64,000 bases of DNA from Rhina ancylostomus (GCA_030265395.1 JARFYF010000112.1:64916471-64980470), one strand, 5' to 3'. Shown: positions 49,201 to 63,109, numbered from the stretch's first letter. The notes: generated by a model not told the origin, from the letters alone. Numbers and translations: made by a program.

Positions 49201-51769
49201 AAATGTGTTAGTATGGATTAAATAGGAATCTTGCAGATTTCAGTCAAGCTGGTAGTGACTTTATCATATAATCAAAGCCTTTGTATGACTGAAGCAGCTG
49301 CTCCATACATAACAGCAAGTCATTGCAAAGATCCTTCCCTCTCTACCTTTGTACAAACACTCATTGTACCATGTCCGATTTGTGAATGGCAGACAATAGA
49401 CATCTGATCAGTCAAAACAGGCAGAGGAGCAAAGGCAAAGTTATCAGGCTCTGACTCACCTTGTGTGGAAATCTGTTGTCCAGTTTACATCCTGTGGAAT
49501 AGTTTCACTAATGAACTAAAAAAAAGTAGGATATCTGTTTGCAGAAAATTACTTCTGACATTGTCAAACACAGAAGTGTCATTACGTAGCTTCATGGTAA
49601 TGGAACAGGCAATGAACTGTACTACCAGCAACTTTGTTTACTGGTATTTTCCTGAACTATTATTCTAACGATGGAGACTCGAACTGTAATTTCCATCTCT
49701 TGAAGTTGAGATTTAAATAGGCATTGTCTGTGTCAAAAGGCTTTGGCAACTTGTTTCTTTCCCCACATCCCCAATGTTCAGATATAACTTGTATTAAAGT
49801 GTTCATTGCATCATTTATAAGAGAATTTATCCTGTAAAGAACTTGTGAGATTAACTTTATTTTCCCCTAAAATAAAAGCTTTGAACTAAAGGGTCTATGA
49901 ATTTGACTGGATAGAACTGCTTATTTTGGCGCTAAGTGAGTAAAAGTGCACATTGGATGGAGTGAAAAAGGAGGGGGTCATTGTTATGAAACTGAAATCA
50001 CACCAGATATGCATCCATTGGTGTTATTCCTTGTGCAAAGGTCTAGGGAAATAGGTGCACATTATCCCAGAAGCTGTCTTCTTTGGTCATGTCCGTGTCA
50101 GTCATGTTTTCAATGATAAGTGTCAGATTGGGATCCTGCCAGCTTAAGTGCCATAGTTACCAACTCTGTGATGCTCTTGATGGACCCTGATCCTCTGATC
50201 ATTGGCCTCATACAGACCACCCTCCCCTGAAGCACAGATTCTCTGATCGCCAGTGCCTGATTGAATCCCTGCCCATCTCCTCAATCCTAATCCATTGATT
50301 GCAGTGCACCCCCATTCCCCACTCACAGATCCAAGGGAGGACTCTGACCAGCAGCCTTCCATCCCCCTCCATCAATGACATCTCCGCTCTTGGTCCCAGA
50401 GAGTCAATTTGTGAGCCCTGCAGCTTGTAAAAGGAAAATTGCTGCGGTGGCTCAGTGTTACGTAAGGCCTTGGCACTGAGGTTTGTAGTGATGGACTCAT
50501 GACCATGCCGTTCAAAGATCAGATGGCTTGTTTATAGTTTCTAGTCCAAGGTTCCATTAAACCCAGACAAACTGCGTGAAAATCCCTTTTCTTGAAGTTG
50601 CACTAGTAGTGCAGTGGAATAGATTACTGTTCTTCATGCAGTTCTAACATTTGGATCTGGTAGACAACACAATTGATAATCTAACACACTTGGAGGATTA
50701 TGGAGGTTTGATGGTGGTGGTGGTGGTGGTGGTGACTGAGGGATTAGAGGATTTTGCATTTCTTGCCTATGGCTGCCCTGTTCTCATTTGCAGTAGCTTG
50801 GACATCAGATCTGACATTCCTTATTCCTAAATCCGTTTTCTGACCATAGCCACAATGCAGATTGAAATTGGGTGGTATGTAAAGTGAAAAGCTAATCTGA
50901 TTTGGTCAATTTCTTCTTGAGTGGGTTTGGTTGAAATGACTTCTTCACAAAATTGTCTTCCACCCAGTCTTCAAGGCCATTCATAATGAATCCAGTAAAT
51001 TACCGAAATACTTGCGTCACACTGGTGGATGAAAAATGTTTGTGTCAGTATTGGCCTCGAAACTAGGAGAAAGGCAATGGCTTAGTGTTGTTATTAATTG
51101 CATTATATGCACATTTCTGTCAACCCTTGTATATAGTTCAGTAGCTCCAGTTTTAAATGAGGGCTGGATTTTAGTGGTACACTTTAATACCACTCAAAGT
51201 CTTTCTATTCCAGATAAAGGAACAGGGTATTTTAACCTCTGGGCCTTATTAACTGCCATAAGTTGGCTTACCACTCATTCTGAGTGGGAAGTAATATAAC
51301 TTCACACCATCTGGAGGCCACCTGCAAAGTAGATGGTTTAACAAACTCATCTGTTATTCTACCTCATGGAAATCCAGGACTAGTGGAGCAAATTCCAAGG
51401 TTTCTTTGTAGACAAACATTCATACTCATTCTGTATTTCTTTTACATTTCCTGTTTTTTTTATTTTTATGCTCCTCATTGCATTCCTAACTGTTTCTTTG
51501 ACTTGTCCTCTTTATATTCCCATTGGTCATCCATCCTAGTTTAGAATTTCCTTTTTACTTTATTTTCAGGTTTGCCCAGTTATTTTTAATCATTCATGAT
51601 CTTGCTTTATTGGCTTGCTCTTTACTTGTCTGCAGTATATATTCCTCCTGGATCCAATTGATTAATTTTTATAAATATTTCCCAGTGCTGTACTTTTTCT
51701 CTGTTTACCTTTCCCAGTTTTCCTAGTTTTATTTCCTTACTTATTACTTTGAAATGGTTATTTTTATAT

Positions 51770-52290
51770 GAATTAGAAGCAGGAATAGGCCACTCAGCCA
51801 TTCAAGCCTTTTCTACTGTCTATCAAGATCATGCTTGCTCTGATTGTTAGCACAACTCTGCAATCACCCCCTTGCTTAAAAATATGCCTGTGCCTTAAAA
51901 ATATTCAATGAATCTGCTTTCATTGCCAGATTTACAAAGGCTCCTAATCCCTGAGAGAAAAAAAAAATCACCTCATCTTCACCTTAAATGGGTGACTGCT
52001 TATTTTTAAATGGCGACCCCTTGCTCGAGATTCTCCCACACAGGGAAACATACTCCCTCCATCCAACCATTAAAGACACCTCATGATCTTATATGTTTTA
52101 TTCAATTCCTCTGAATCTTCTAAACGCCAGCAGATACAACCAGAATGGTCTGCCCAACCATTCCTTACAAGACAATCTGCCTGTTCCAGGTATTAATCTA
52201 ACTTAGCCTTTCCTGAACTGTTTCCAACACATTAACATTGTTTCTTAAATAAGGAGACTAATTCTGTACATAGTATTCCAGTTTCACCAG
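51770..52290 (-). mobile_element. CR1 LINE 3' fragment
   Basis: AGCAGGAATAGGCCACTCAGCC tail, ...CAGGGAAACAT..., TAAGGAGACTAATTCTGTACATAGTATTCCAG (reversed LEYCVQFWSP region). Confidence 0.8.
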
Positions 52291-52585
52291 TGCTTTATGA
52301 CAAAACTCCGATAATCCAACAGATTTTCCAGACTATTGGATGCTGCTATTATTAATAATCCCACATACTTCTATTTCTTTTTCACATGCTACATAGCAGT
52401 ATAATACATTTTCTAGTGAACCCAATAAAATTTAAAAGGAATGGGAAATAAAACCAAAAAACAAGCTGAAACATCGATGCACCCTGGCTCCAGCCGCAAA
52501 CCCATCCACCTTACAAATAGCGGTCTGCCTGACCCTGAACACAGCCCTGGCTGTAGACCCAGTCTGCACTCTGGAACCCCCGTTC

Positions 52586-52709
52586 TGTCACAATGTTGAT
52601 CCAGAGCAAACTCAGAGAACCCAAATGCAGCTCACTGATACAAGACTGGAGTCAGGATGCTTCCTCAGGACAAACACAGGCAGTAACTGGAAGGAATCTT
52701 GCCTTGGAG
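52586..52709 (-). mobile_element. LTR (family A) end running into an assembly gap
   Basis: TGTCACAATGTTGATCCAGAGC...ACTGATACAAGACTGGAGTCAGGAT...GGAAGGAATCTTGCC is near-identical to 23827-23960. Confidence 0.85.
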
Positions 52710-53565
52710 NNNNNNNNNNNNNNNNNNNNNNNNNNNNNNNNNNNNNNNNNNNNNNNNNNNNNNNNNNNNNNNNNNNNNNNNNNNNNNNNNNNNNNNNNNN
52801 NNNNNNNNNNNNNNNNNNNNNNNNNNNNNNNNNNNNNNNNNNNNNNNNNNNNNNNNNNNNNNNNNNNNNNNNNNNNNNNNNNNNNNNNNNNNNNNNNNNN
52901 NNNNNNNNNNNNNNNNNNNNNNNNNNNNNNNNNNNNNNNNNNNNNNNNNNNNNNNNNNNNNNNNNNNNNNNNNNNNNNNNNNNNNNNNNNNNNNNNNNNN
53001 NNNNNNNNNNNNNNNNNNNNNNNNNNNNNNNNNNNNNNNNNNNNNNNNNNNNNNNNNNNNNNNNNNNNNNNNNNNAGCTAACATAAACTCAGTGGGCCAA
53101 ATGATTGCCTTCTGTGCTATGAGATATATGAAAAAATATGCTTCATTTTTATTTTTCCTGCTACAATGGGCAACTTCACATTTAGGGACTGTTAAAAACT
53201 TGCATACTATTCAGTTCAAGCTGTGTTCTTGCTAAATAATAGTTTTCCTGCTCTCCATATAACTGACCGATTTGGTTGGTAGGGATTCCTTACCCCTTAC
53301 ACAAAGCTCCACAGCAAATTAAAATTAGAATTATCCTTTGCTGTCTAACTCTCTAACTGCTGAATAATAAGCTGTTCTTTTGAAATTTTCGTAACAGCTT
53401 TTCATGTGGGAGTAAAACTAATAGAAAAAATAATATAAAAATTAACTTGCCTTACCCATTATTACTCCATTTATTTTCTTGCAACTACTTTTTCATGAAA
53501 GGACCGCCTGCTGTAAAATAAACTTTTGAGTGAATATGATTGGACTGCGCTGAGCTGCAGAGTGC

Positions 53566-53945
53566 CTGTAATGTCACCTCACATACAGGAGCTAAGAGGT
53601 AGAATAGCATGTTAGATCCTACCTTTTAAAATTATATCCAAGTACATTTTGTATCCACATGTTACATTAATTCAAGTAAAACATTTCCTGGTAAAAGCCA
53701 TTGTATACACATAGAACCTAGAGAACAAGGTTAGGCCATTCAGCCCCTTGAGCCTGTTCCACCCTAGACTCAAGGGGTTGAATGGCCTTTCCTTGTTCCT
53801 ATGCATGTGCAGCTGTTTTCCAGGAGATGTCTTACTTGAATTAATGCAATACATGGATGCAAAATATACTTGGGTATAATTTTAAAAGTTAGGATATAAT
53901 ATCCTATTTCACCTCTTAGTTCCTGTATGTGAGGTGACATTACAG
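53566..53945. repeat. ~380 bp imperfect palindrome (fold-back)
   Basis: CTGTAATGTCACCTCACATACAGGA (53566-53590) is the exact reverse complement of 53921-53945. Complementarity continues inward to a short loop near 53755-53765. Confidence 0.92.
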
Positions 53946-56509
53946 ACTTAGATCTAACATATACATGAATATAATTTAGTCAGATCACAGCAGCCTTTTT
54001 ATCAACCTCTAAGATGTCCCCTTTGCTACCTAAAAGAAATATGCTGCATAACTAATGTTGTTACACCTTAAACTGGGTAAAGCGAGAGGAATGGGGAGTT
54101 GAAAGAGAAGAAAAAAAATGCCAAGGTTGAACTGCGATGGTGAGGAGGTGAATGAGGGGCACTCAGCACAAGGTGAAAGGAATGAAAGCAGCAAGCAGGT
54201 GGTAGTGTCTGGTTGACCAGGTAGAGAAGAGATATCTGCACTAGCAATATTTTATTCTCTGTTAGCAATGTTAAATCTGCACTACCAATGTTATATTCTT
54301 GTTACTTTCCATTCTTACCAAAAAATTCCAAATAAATGTTTTAAAAAGAACCTTGGCTATATATGGCGTTGTCCTGCAGGACATTCTCAAGGTGGCTCAC
54401 ATAAACTGAATTACATTTGATGTATAGTGTATGTAGAAAAAACATAACACCAATTCTGCATTCAGCAAGAACCCACAAATATTAATAATATGAGTCAATA
54501 CTTGGTAACAAAAGGAAAGAAAGAGGACTCGAATATATAACCTCCAGCTTCTCTTCAAGCACGAGATCTTTAATATTCACCTGAACCAGGAAAAAGTTAA
54601 AAGGGGTTTGATGTGAATTGTTTAACAAATGATTAACTGGGCCTTGGGACAGAGAGAAGTTTACATATATCTGGATCCAAGTATATTTTGGATCCAAGTA
54701 TTACATTAGTCCAAGTAAAACATTTCCTGGAAAAAGCTGTGTCAAAACCTAAACATTTTTTTCCCAAGGGTTTAGATTTTCTCTGACCATATATCACACC
54801 CTGAAAGAGACAAGCAATTTGCTTCAAAGCTGCAGCGTAAATTGTGGCATGAAGATGTATTTTTTATAGCCACAGAGTGATAGTCTTATGTTAATCAGGG
54901 ATAACAGACAGAAGACAAGTCTCCAGCCTCTCACAATCAGCATACCCAATGTACACATGTAGGATCATAAGAGTCTAGAAATGGAAATAGGACATTCAGC
55001 CTTATGCGTCCATTCCTCCACTTAATTAGATCATGACCCCTTTTTCCTCATCTTTACTCCATGTATTTTAGTACCAAATGTATTGGGCATTTCAAAGATT
55101 CTATTCTATGGTAATCTATAGTGTGGACAGCACTCCAAAGAATGTGGAGAGTGGAATTTGGAGTAGGTATGGAGATTACTGAGGATAAGGGTCCTGGGAT
55201 GCATTCGACCAATTATTTTATTGTGCCAACAAAATAATTAAACTCCAAAGGATACTTTGTGGGCTCTGGCTAGTTCCTACCTAAAATGGCAACCTAGTAA
55301 CTTATGCCATTGGACCATGGTATTGCCCGTATCAGGGGGGTACATTGAGTGACTAGTGATAGGCCCCATTTAAGAAGAGCAGGTGGCTTCACTGGCAATA
55401 AATGCTGGAAGGTGCACTTAATAGAGAAATTTAGAAGACATTTAGGGGATAAACCCTTTCAGAGAGTTCTGGAACATTCCAAAATTACAGAAAGCATTGA
55501 AAAATTTGTCCTCAATAGGGTTCAAAGCAAGCAGTATACTGCAGCCCACAAGGGTCAGTTCAGTTCTCAGTCCTACAGTGAGTCATACTGTTCCAACTCC
55601 CAGGACCAGAGTCTAAGAAATTTGCTACATTCTTGGTTTTAAACTCTATCTTGACATTTCCTTGGCATGGTGGAACAGCCTCTTCTCAACTTTAAAAGTA
55701 CCTCTTGAGGGTGATCACCATTTCAGTCCACAGCTTTAACATTTCCTTAATGGATGTAAGTAAAAATGTACAACTCCTGACTGGTCCCTTATTTTCTTCC
55801 TCTCTTTATATACCAGATCCTTTTACCAGTGGCTTGGCCTATGCCCACAGCAAATGTTGCCACTTTATTCTCCATAGAAACTTGATTAAGGATGTATTTT
55901 TAAAATATATGAAGGGGAAATAAGTGGAAACCAGAAGGCTCATAATAAATGGCAGTGACCCTGTTTGATTTCCAATGTGAGGCCAGCCCAATAATTTAGA
56001 ATGTAAACATGCATATTTTTGTGGTCATCAAACTGAGGAAGTTAGTCTGGGAACAGAACACATTACAGCTATCTACGGAAAAAGTTCATTGTCAAGCACA
56101 AGATGAGTTAGAGATAGAGTAAACAGCACTTAGTTTCCTCCTCTCCCTGTCAGTGAGCAAGTTCTCATCATAAGGTCAGAAGTGTAGATTGTATTTGGCC
56201 GAATAAAAACACAAGATTAAGTAAGAAATATTTATAAAAACTAAAAAAGGATGGTGGCATGGCCTTACCCAACTTTAGATTATATTACTGGGCAATTAAT
56301 ATCAGATACTTANNNNNNNNNNNNNNNNNNNNNNNNNNNNNNNNNNNNNNNNNNNNNNNNNNNNNNNNNNNNNNNNNNNNNNNNNNNNNNNNNNNNNNNN
56401 NNNNNNNNNNNNNNNNNNNNNNNNNNNNNNNNNNNNNNNNNNNNNNNNNNNNNNNNNNNNNNNNNNNNNNNNNNNNNNNNNNNNNNNNNNNNNNNNNNNN
56501 NNNNNNNNN

Positions 56510-56880
56510 CACAAGTCAGGATCTTGATAGAATACTCTCCATCTGCCTGGATGAGTGCAGCTCCAACAGCACTCAAGAAAATGAGCATCATTCAGAACAA
56601 AGTGGCCTGTATGATTGACATCCAATCTTATTTCTTAGACATCCATTTGTTCTCGTATCAGTGCACTGTGACTACAGTGTAGACTATGTATAAAATGCAC
56701 TGCAGTTGCTCATCCAAGCTACTCTGACAGCACCTTCCAGATGCACAAACCCAAGCACCAAAAAGGACAAGGGCAGTGGATGAATAAGAACCTAGGTACT
56801 ATCTCCATCAGTAGGACTGCATGCGTTTCAAATAGGTGGTATCTTGGGGATAATTAGGCTATGCCACTGATATCCTGATA
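56510..56880 (+). mobile_element. CR1-group (Crack/L2-related) LINE 3' fragment
   Basis: QVRILIEYSPSAWMSAAPTALKKMSIIQNKVACMI. Confidence 0.8.
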
Positions 56881-59800
56881 TTTTACAAATCAAGTTGGTT
56901 TTGTTTTCACAATGTCTGTTTTCTCTGCAATTTCAATGCATCTTAATTCAAGCTTTGTTTACCTGACTGAAATATTTCATTTACAATTCCTCCATCTTTA
57001 AAAATACTTTAACTAGTTCTAATATATTCTGTGGCATTGAATTCCATATTTTCAGATCTCTTCATTTGCTGACTGATTTCAGGATTCAATTTTACTGGCT
57101 TAATTCTAAATTGTACTAATATGTCTTGGAATACTCAAAAATACTCTGAAACATCTGACCTAGTGTCTCAAAATACTTCAGTCTCTTCAATCCTGGTTTT
57201 ATGCTTGCTATTTAATACTGGACATTCAAAGCTGACATAGTTATTCCATGGTTGAATGTCCAGAATTGAACACCATGCTAGCACTCTGCAAAGCAAAAGA
57301 AGTACCTTGTTGATTTTATTTTCCATAACATATAATAAAATTTAGCATTTCTTTTGTCATCATCTTTGCTTTTTCACCCACAATGTAGCTTTTCACTATC
57401 TGCACTTGGAGTCCTAAGCAGCTTTGCTTATCCCAGTAATTATAAGCACGAATTTGGTACCATGGCAAATTACAAATCTGGTCATTTCTGGGTTAGCACC
57501 AGAAAATAATCATGAGAAGTATAGACACTACAATATCCCTGTATAGCTGGTTGACCGACATCCTTCAGGGAGGAAAGCTATTCCATATTTAATGAATCTG
57601 GTCTGCTCATGGCTTCATGTATGACTTATTTGTCTTTTATTTCTTTCAATTCATGTCAGAGCCAAGGATCTTCTGAAAAACTTTGATGCACGTCTTTCGG
57701 ATTTGTATTTTTCTTAATTTCTGTATATCAAGTTCGTTCTCCAGGTGAACCTTTGCTCCAGAAGTCTAGGCTCTACATGCTCAATATCTTGAGAACTTGT
57801 AGTTTGTTCAGGGACTGAACAGAAAACACTTGTTGCTATGGTTTGGATTACATTGTCCCAAGTGATTNNNNNNNNNNNNNNNNNNNNNNNNNNNNNNNNN
57901 NNNNNNNNNNNNNNNNNNNNNNNNNNNNNNNNNNNNNNNNNNNNNNNNNNNNNNNNNNNNNNNNNNNNNNNNNNNNNNNNNNNNNNNNNNNNNNNNNNNN
58001 NNNNNNNNNNNNNNNNNNNNNNNNNNNNNNNNNNNNNNNNNNNNNNNNNNNNNNNNNNNNNNNNNNNNNNNNNNNNNNNNNNNNNNNNNNNNNNNNNNNN
58101 NNNNNNNNNNNNNNNNNNNNNNNNNNNNNNNNNNNNNNNNNNNNNNNNNNNNNNNNNNNNNNNNNNNNNNNNNNNNNNNNNNNNNNNNNNNNNNNNNNNN
58201 NNNNNNNNNNNNNNNNNNNNNNNNNNNNNNNNNNNNNNNNNNNNNNNNNNNNNNNNNNNNNNNNNNNNNNNNNNNNNNNNNNNNNNNNNNNNNNNNNNNN
58301 NNNNNNNNNNNNNNNNNNNNNNNNNNNNNNNNNNNNNNNNNNNNNNNNNNNNNNNNNNNNNNNNNNNNNNNNNNNNNNNNNNNNNNNNNNNNNNNNNNNN
58401 NNNNNNNNNNNNNNNNNNNNNNATGGCAACGCAAATGTATACTTTTAGAGCTTTTTTTGATTATCGGTCACAAAATCTCCTGGAGCTACCTACTTCTCTA
58501 ATAACATCAGAAGCACTATTTCATTTTAAGAAGTTGTGCTGAGAAATTTTCTTTAAAGAAAACTGACCAGCTAAGTTAAATACCTATTTGTTAAATTCAT
58601 AAATATCTATGAATGAAATATACATATAGACCCTACTTGTTCCTTAAACTAGAAACTTTCCTTGGAAGTTGTAAGATGACAAAACAAAAAAAATAAAATC
58701 TTGGAACTACACAGAAGGTTAGTAAAGCAAAAGGCTAAATACAACATCATCAGATGTGGACCTTATCAAACATTATAAATGATCCTTAGCAGTTTATCTT
58801 TCCTAGTATGAATCTCATTCTGTCAACAATTACATTTTTTTCTGAACTATTACTTTCATCTTTGCCTTAGCAATATCTTTCTCAATCTTTATTGTGTCAG
58901 GTCGTTCAGTATCTGTGAAGAGAAAAGATAGATTATGACAGTTTGGATCATTTAGTATACTTAACTAAATATCATAATCTATATTCTCTCTTCAAAGATA
59001 GATGAGATAATATACAGGTTGCATTTGATATTTAATCAGCAATCCTAATAATCGATATTAAATAACAGTATGTTAAAAATTATGTATAGTAGGCCCAGGC
59101 TGTGCTGCCATGCCTCAGACTTGGATCGGGGGAACAACACTCATACAAATTCACACATTGAGAATAACTATTTCAGCATGTGAGTGGGAGGCTTTCAGCC
59201 ATTACAGGAGTATAGCGTGACAGGATATGCACAAACTTCAAAAGAGGAAAATGTTGAAAAATGAAAAGATGAAAATTGTTTGCTTTGAAATTATACATTG
59301 CAAAGTAAATTGCAGAATATTGCCTGTGGTGAGATTTCTGTGTTAGGGTTTCTAGTTCATAAACAGGTCATGTGCTAGAAATGGCAGAATGAGATGATGC
59401 CTAAAACTTATCAATAATTGTTAACAAATCTTTTGATGACACAAATCTGAAAATAAACTGAAATTATCTGTTTTAAGTTTACTGACTAGAATTAATGCAG
59501 ACTACTACCACTGTGGACAAAGGCCAATGTACTGCATGTTAAATAGAAGATTTTTGTTCCACTTTAAAATCTGCCCTATTGTGAAGAGTTTAACTGTGTT
59601 GAAATCTGCATCTAAACTTTGGCAGTAGTACAGAAGCAGATGTTTGGTTGTGACTGCTGACTGAGGCTGGCTAAGTGTCCTGGGATGAATGTTTTAACAG
59701 TTAGGGGCCCTGCGTCTCATGAGAAGTATAGCTGGAACTTCAAAGCGCAGCAATGGGAAGCAACGTGAACACTATGTTATAATCAGAAAGGATTAATATC

Positions 59801-61444
59801 TGCCAGTATTATTATATTTGAATTGTTGATATCACTTTCAGTGGTAGCCCAAGTCATTAATTCTTTAATAAGAGCATTTTCACACTTTGATGTCTGGGAT
59901 TAATTTGGCTATCTTCAGTTGTCATGACAGAAGAAAATATTACCAAATCAGTTGCTTGGATCAAAATACAATATAGTTTTAAAGGAACATACTTTACCTG
60001 ATTTACAAGCTCCAGTATGCATATCTTACTGCCTCCCTGCAATCCTTGTGGCATTCTCTTTTCAGTTAGTCAAGACTGTAAACTGGTTAGTTAATAGAAG
60101 AAAAGCAAGAAGAGAGTGAAAGTGAATATATCATCACCGGATTTAATGCTCCCAGTCTCCAACTCATATTTTGACACTTCATGTAATTTAAAGGTAGGCT
60201 TAGAAGCATGGTCTGCACTTGGTAACTCACTGACCATGAAGGCCTCCATTTATGACAAGGGTGGGGGGAAGAGGGTGGTGGAGGGTGAGATTGCACAGGT
60301 GTTGTGCTGCAAGAGAGGGTTTATACTGGAGAAGATGACACTCACAATCAAGTGCTTTGTGCAATGGCTTTCAGAAAGCCTGCATGCTGTCCAAAGAAGA
60401 AAGGATTCCCATACCAACCTTGAACTAGAATTTCTACAGAGTTTGGAGCAGAAGTCTTCCAGCATAGAAGTGGTGGGCAATTCTATTAGTGTGCTTACAG
60501 ATGGAATCATTGCACGCTGTCTCAGGCCAATATCTCAGCTTCGGTTGTAGCATAAGCAGAAATTATGCAAGAACCAGGTGCTGCAATGGAAGCTTGGATG
60601 TCTGCCATGCAATCTCAGACTATGGTCCATTATGACTATATGCATTTACAAGCTATCATGACAGCCCAACCACAACTTCTTCAATAGACTATTAGGGTTG
60701 CTGAGGTGCCGCTAGGCTCCAGTGGCTGTGGTGGCACAGCACATAAGTCTGCTACCCTCAGTCAGGATGACAGCATTGGTGATCCCACCCCCTGTGTCTA
60801 CAACAGGGTATTTGCTGTTTCCTATCAACAAATAAGACTGCTGCCACTTCAGGGCCAGCTCTGGTCTCTTCTCCTGAAGGCCAGCAGCTTTCTCCCAACT
60901 TTACAGCAGTTAGTTGCATCATATTGCTCGGGCGAACAGGATAGAAAAAATGCAAGCAGAATATTCATTAAGGGCTTCTGAAAGGGTAAACAGCAGAGGT
61001 TTACAAGGTTTTCAGTATGGTTTGATTTCCAAATTTGCATTAGAGTTATCATGCTATTTTGGCTTTTATATTAGCATTGTGGGCAAGCAGATGCTGAGAT
61101 GATCAATTACAGAGGGAGTGTGAAATGGGTATTGTTGGTGAATGAAGAATTGGACATACGCTGGCCTGACAGAGACTGTCTAGGTTGCCTTTGCCCCTCC
61201 ATTTCCTCTGTTCCTCATTCCCTACTTGCTCCTTCCCTACTTCTCTTTCCTTTTTCCACAGTTGCTCCCTGCCTTCGCTTGTGAAATATTTTCCCTNNNN
61301 NNNNNNATAATAGCAAAGCCACTGTTAATTCTGAGACCCACTCTTGTGCTAACTAGAACTCCAGCAAGCCCACAATTTCCGTGGTCCCTAATTCCCATTA
61401 CCTTCAATATGCTTTAGGATTCCTTGATACCACACCCATTCCAC

Positions 61445-62100
61445 GTTCCAGGGTGTAAACATCACCAATCATTTGTCTGGTCCAACCACATAGACGCTAT
61501 GGCCAAGAAAGCACACCAGCATTTCTACTTCCTCAGAAGGCTAAGAAAATTTGGTTTGTCTCCATTGACCCTCACCAATTTTAATAGATGCGCCATAGAA
61601 AGCATCCTATCTGGATGCATCACAGTTTGGTATGACATCTGCTCTGCCCAAGACTGCAGGAAGTTGCAGTGAGTTGTGGGCACAGCTCAGCACATCACGA
61701 AAACCAGTTTCCCCACCATGGACTCTGTCTACACTTCACGCTGTCTTGGAATAGCAACCATCGGGCAGAAGATAGAAAAGATTGAAAATACGCACTGCCA
61801 CACTCAAGGACAGCTTCTATCCTACTGTTATAAGGCTCCTGAATGATGTCTTGTATATTAACGGTGAATTCTTAACCTTACAATCTACCTCATCATGGCC
61901 CTTGCACCTTATTGTCTACCTGCACTTCACTTTCTCTGTACCTGTAACTGTAACACTGTAGTCAGCATTCTGTTATAGTTTTTCCCTTGTATTACCCCTG
62001 TACATATGTTTTGAAATGATCTGTATGGATGGCTTGCAAAACTAAGTTTTTCACTCTCTCTTATGTAACAATAATAACCCAATTACAGTTCCAATTCCAT
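61445..62100 (+). mobile_element. Rex1/Babar LINE 3' fragment
   Basis: WSNHIDAMAKKAHQHFYFLRRLRKFGLSPLTLTNFNRCAIESILSGCITVWY is the Rex1 RT C-terminal (DUF1891-type) region. 3' UTR ends ACAATAATAACCCAATTAC...CCAATTCCATT. Confidence 0.88.
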
Positions 62101-62760
62101 TCAGGTGCTGCCTTGATGCCACGAGCTTTCACTTTGACCTCTGTATTGGAATTTAGCTGCTTTGTCCATATTTCTAACAATGCTGTAATGAAGTCTTAAC
62201 AGAATCTAAATCAAGAATCAATGAGCAGGTTATCAACAAGTAAATAGCCTTTGATAGCACTGTTGACAGCTCCTTCATTAAGTTTGCTGCTTCTTGAGAG
62301 TGTACTGATGGGTGAATAATTGCTTGGATTGGATTTGTCCTGCTTCTAACAACAGAGCATACCTGGCCTAATTTCCACTTTGTCAGTTAGAAGCCATTGT
62401 TGTAATTGTACTGAGCTTGGCTGGAGGCACAGCTGGTTGTGGAGTACAAGTCTTTAGCAATGCAGTTGACTGTAGTTGGGTTTGATAGGTTTTTACGCCA
62501 TTCAGTGAAATCAACCTTTATCATATGAAGTGAATTGAATTAGTTGAAGATTTGCTTATGTCATGGTTCTGACCTTGACCTGGGCATCCCATCCATAATT
62601 CTGGCCAAAGATGGTTGCAAATTTTACATCCTATCCTTTGGCATTCACATCCTAGGGCCTGCCATCATTGAGCATGGGAGGTGTCTGCAGCCATTTCTTT
62701 GCTCCCTGATTCCCATTACCGCTAATATTTTATAGGACTCCTTGATACCACATCAATTCA
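62100..62760 (-). mobile_element. CR1-group LINE RT fragments, reverse orientation
   Basis: GCTGCCTTGATGCC (reversed DIKAA), GCACTGTTGACAGCTCCTTCATT and CCTGGCCTAATTTCCA (reversed WKxAQV). Confidence 0.65.
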
Positions 62761-63109
62761 GATGCTACCTTGTTGCCATGGGTAGTGACTGACCTCTGCA
62801 CTAGAATTCAGCTACTTAATTTATTTTATTGCCCACCCCATTCACAACAGGCTGTGGCAGAACTCCAGAACGTTTAACTAGCCTGATGGTTGAAGGATTA
62901 CATAACTCTGGCTATGGCATGCTGTTTTCAGTGTTTACACGTTGTTTTTGTTGTAGCTTTACTAAATGCAGTTCCAGCTATGGTCTTTCACCTTCTTTAT
63001 TGAACCAGAATTGCTCACCTGACTTGGTAATGGTTCCTGTTACCTCCATTTCGATATTGCCCTTCAGAAAATTCAGCATTTCATTAAATAGTATCTATAT
63101 GTTACATAT

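Noticed and set aside
52593-58542. Long ORFs of 100-234 aa in the ORF track
   Set aside because: They are artefacts of translating through N gaps.
61385-62752. ~50 bp direct repeat (61385-61433 and 62703-62752) as a large TSD
   Set aside because: Both read on the minus strand as the same LINE RT segment (VWxQG...MGIR), so they are two fragments of one family.
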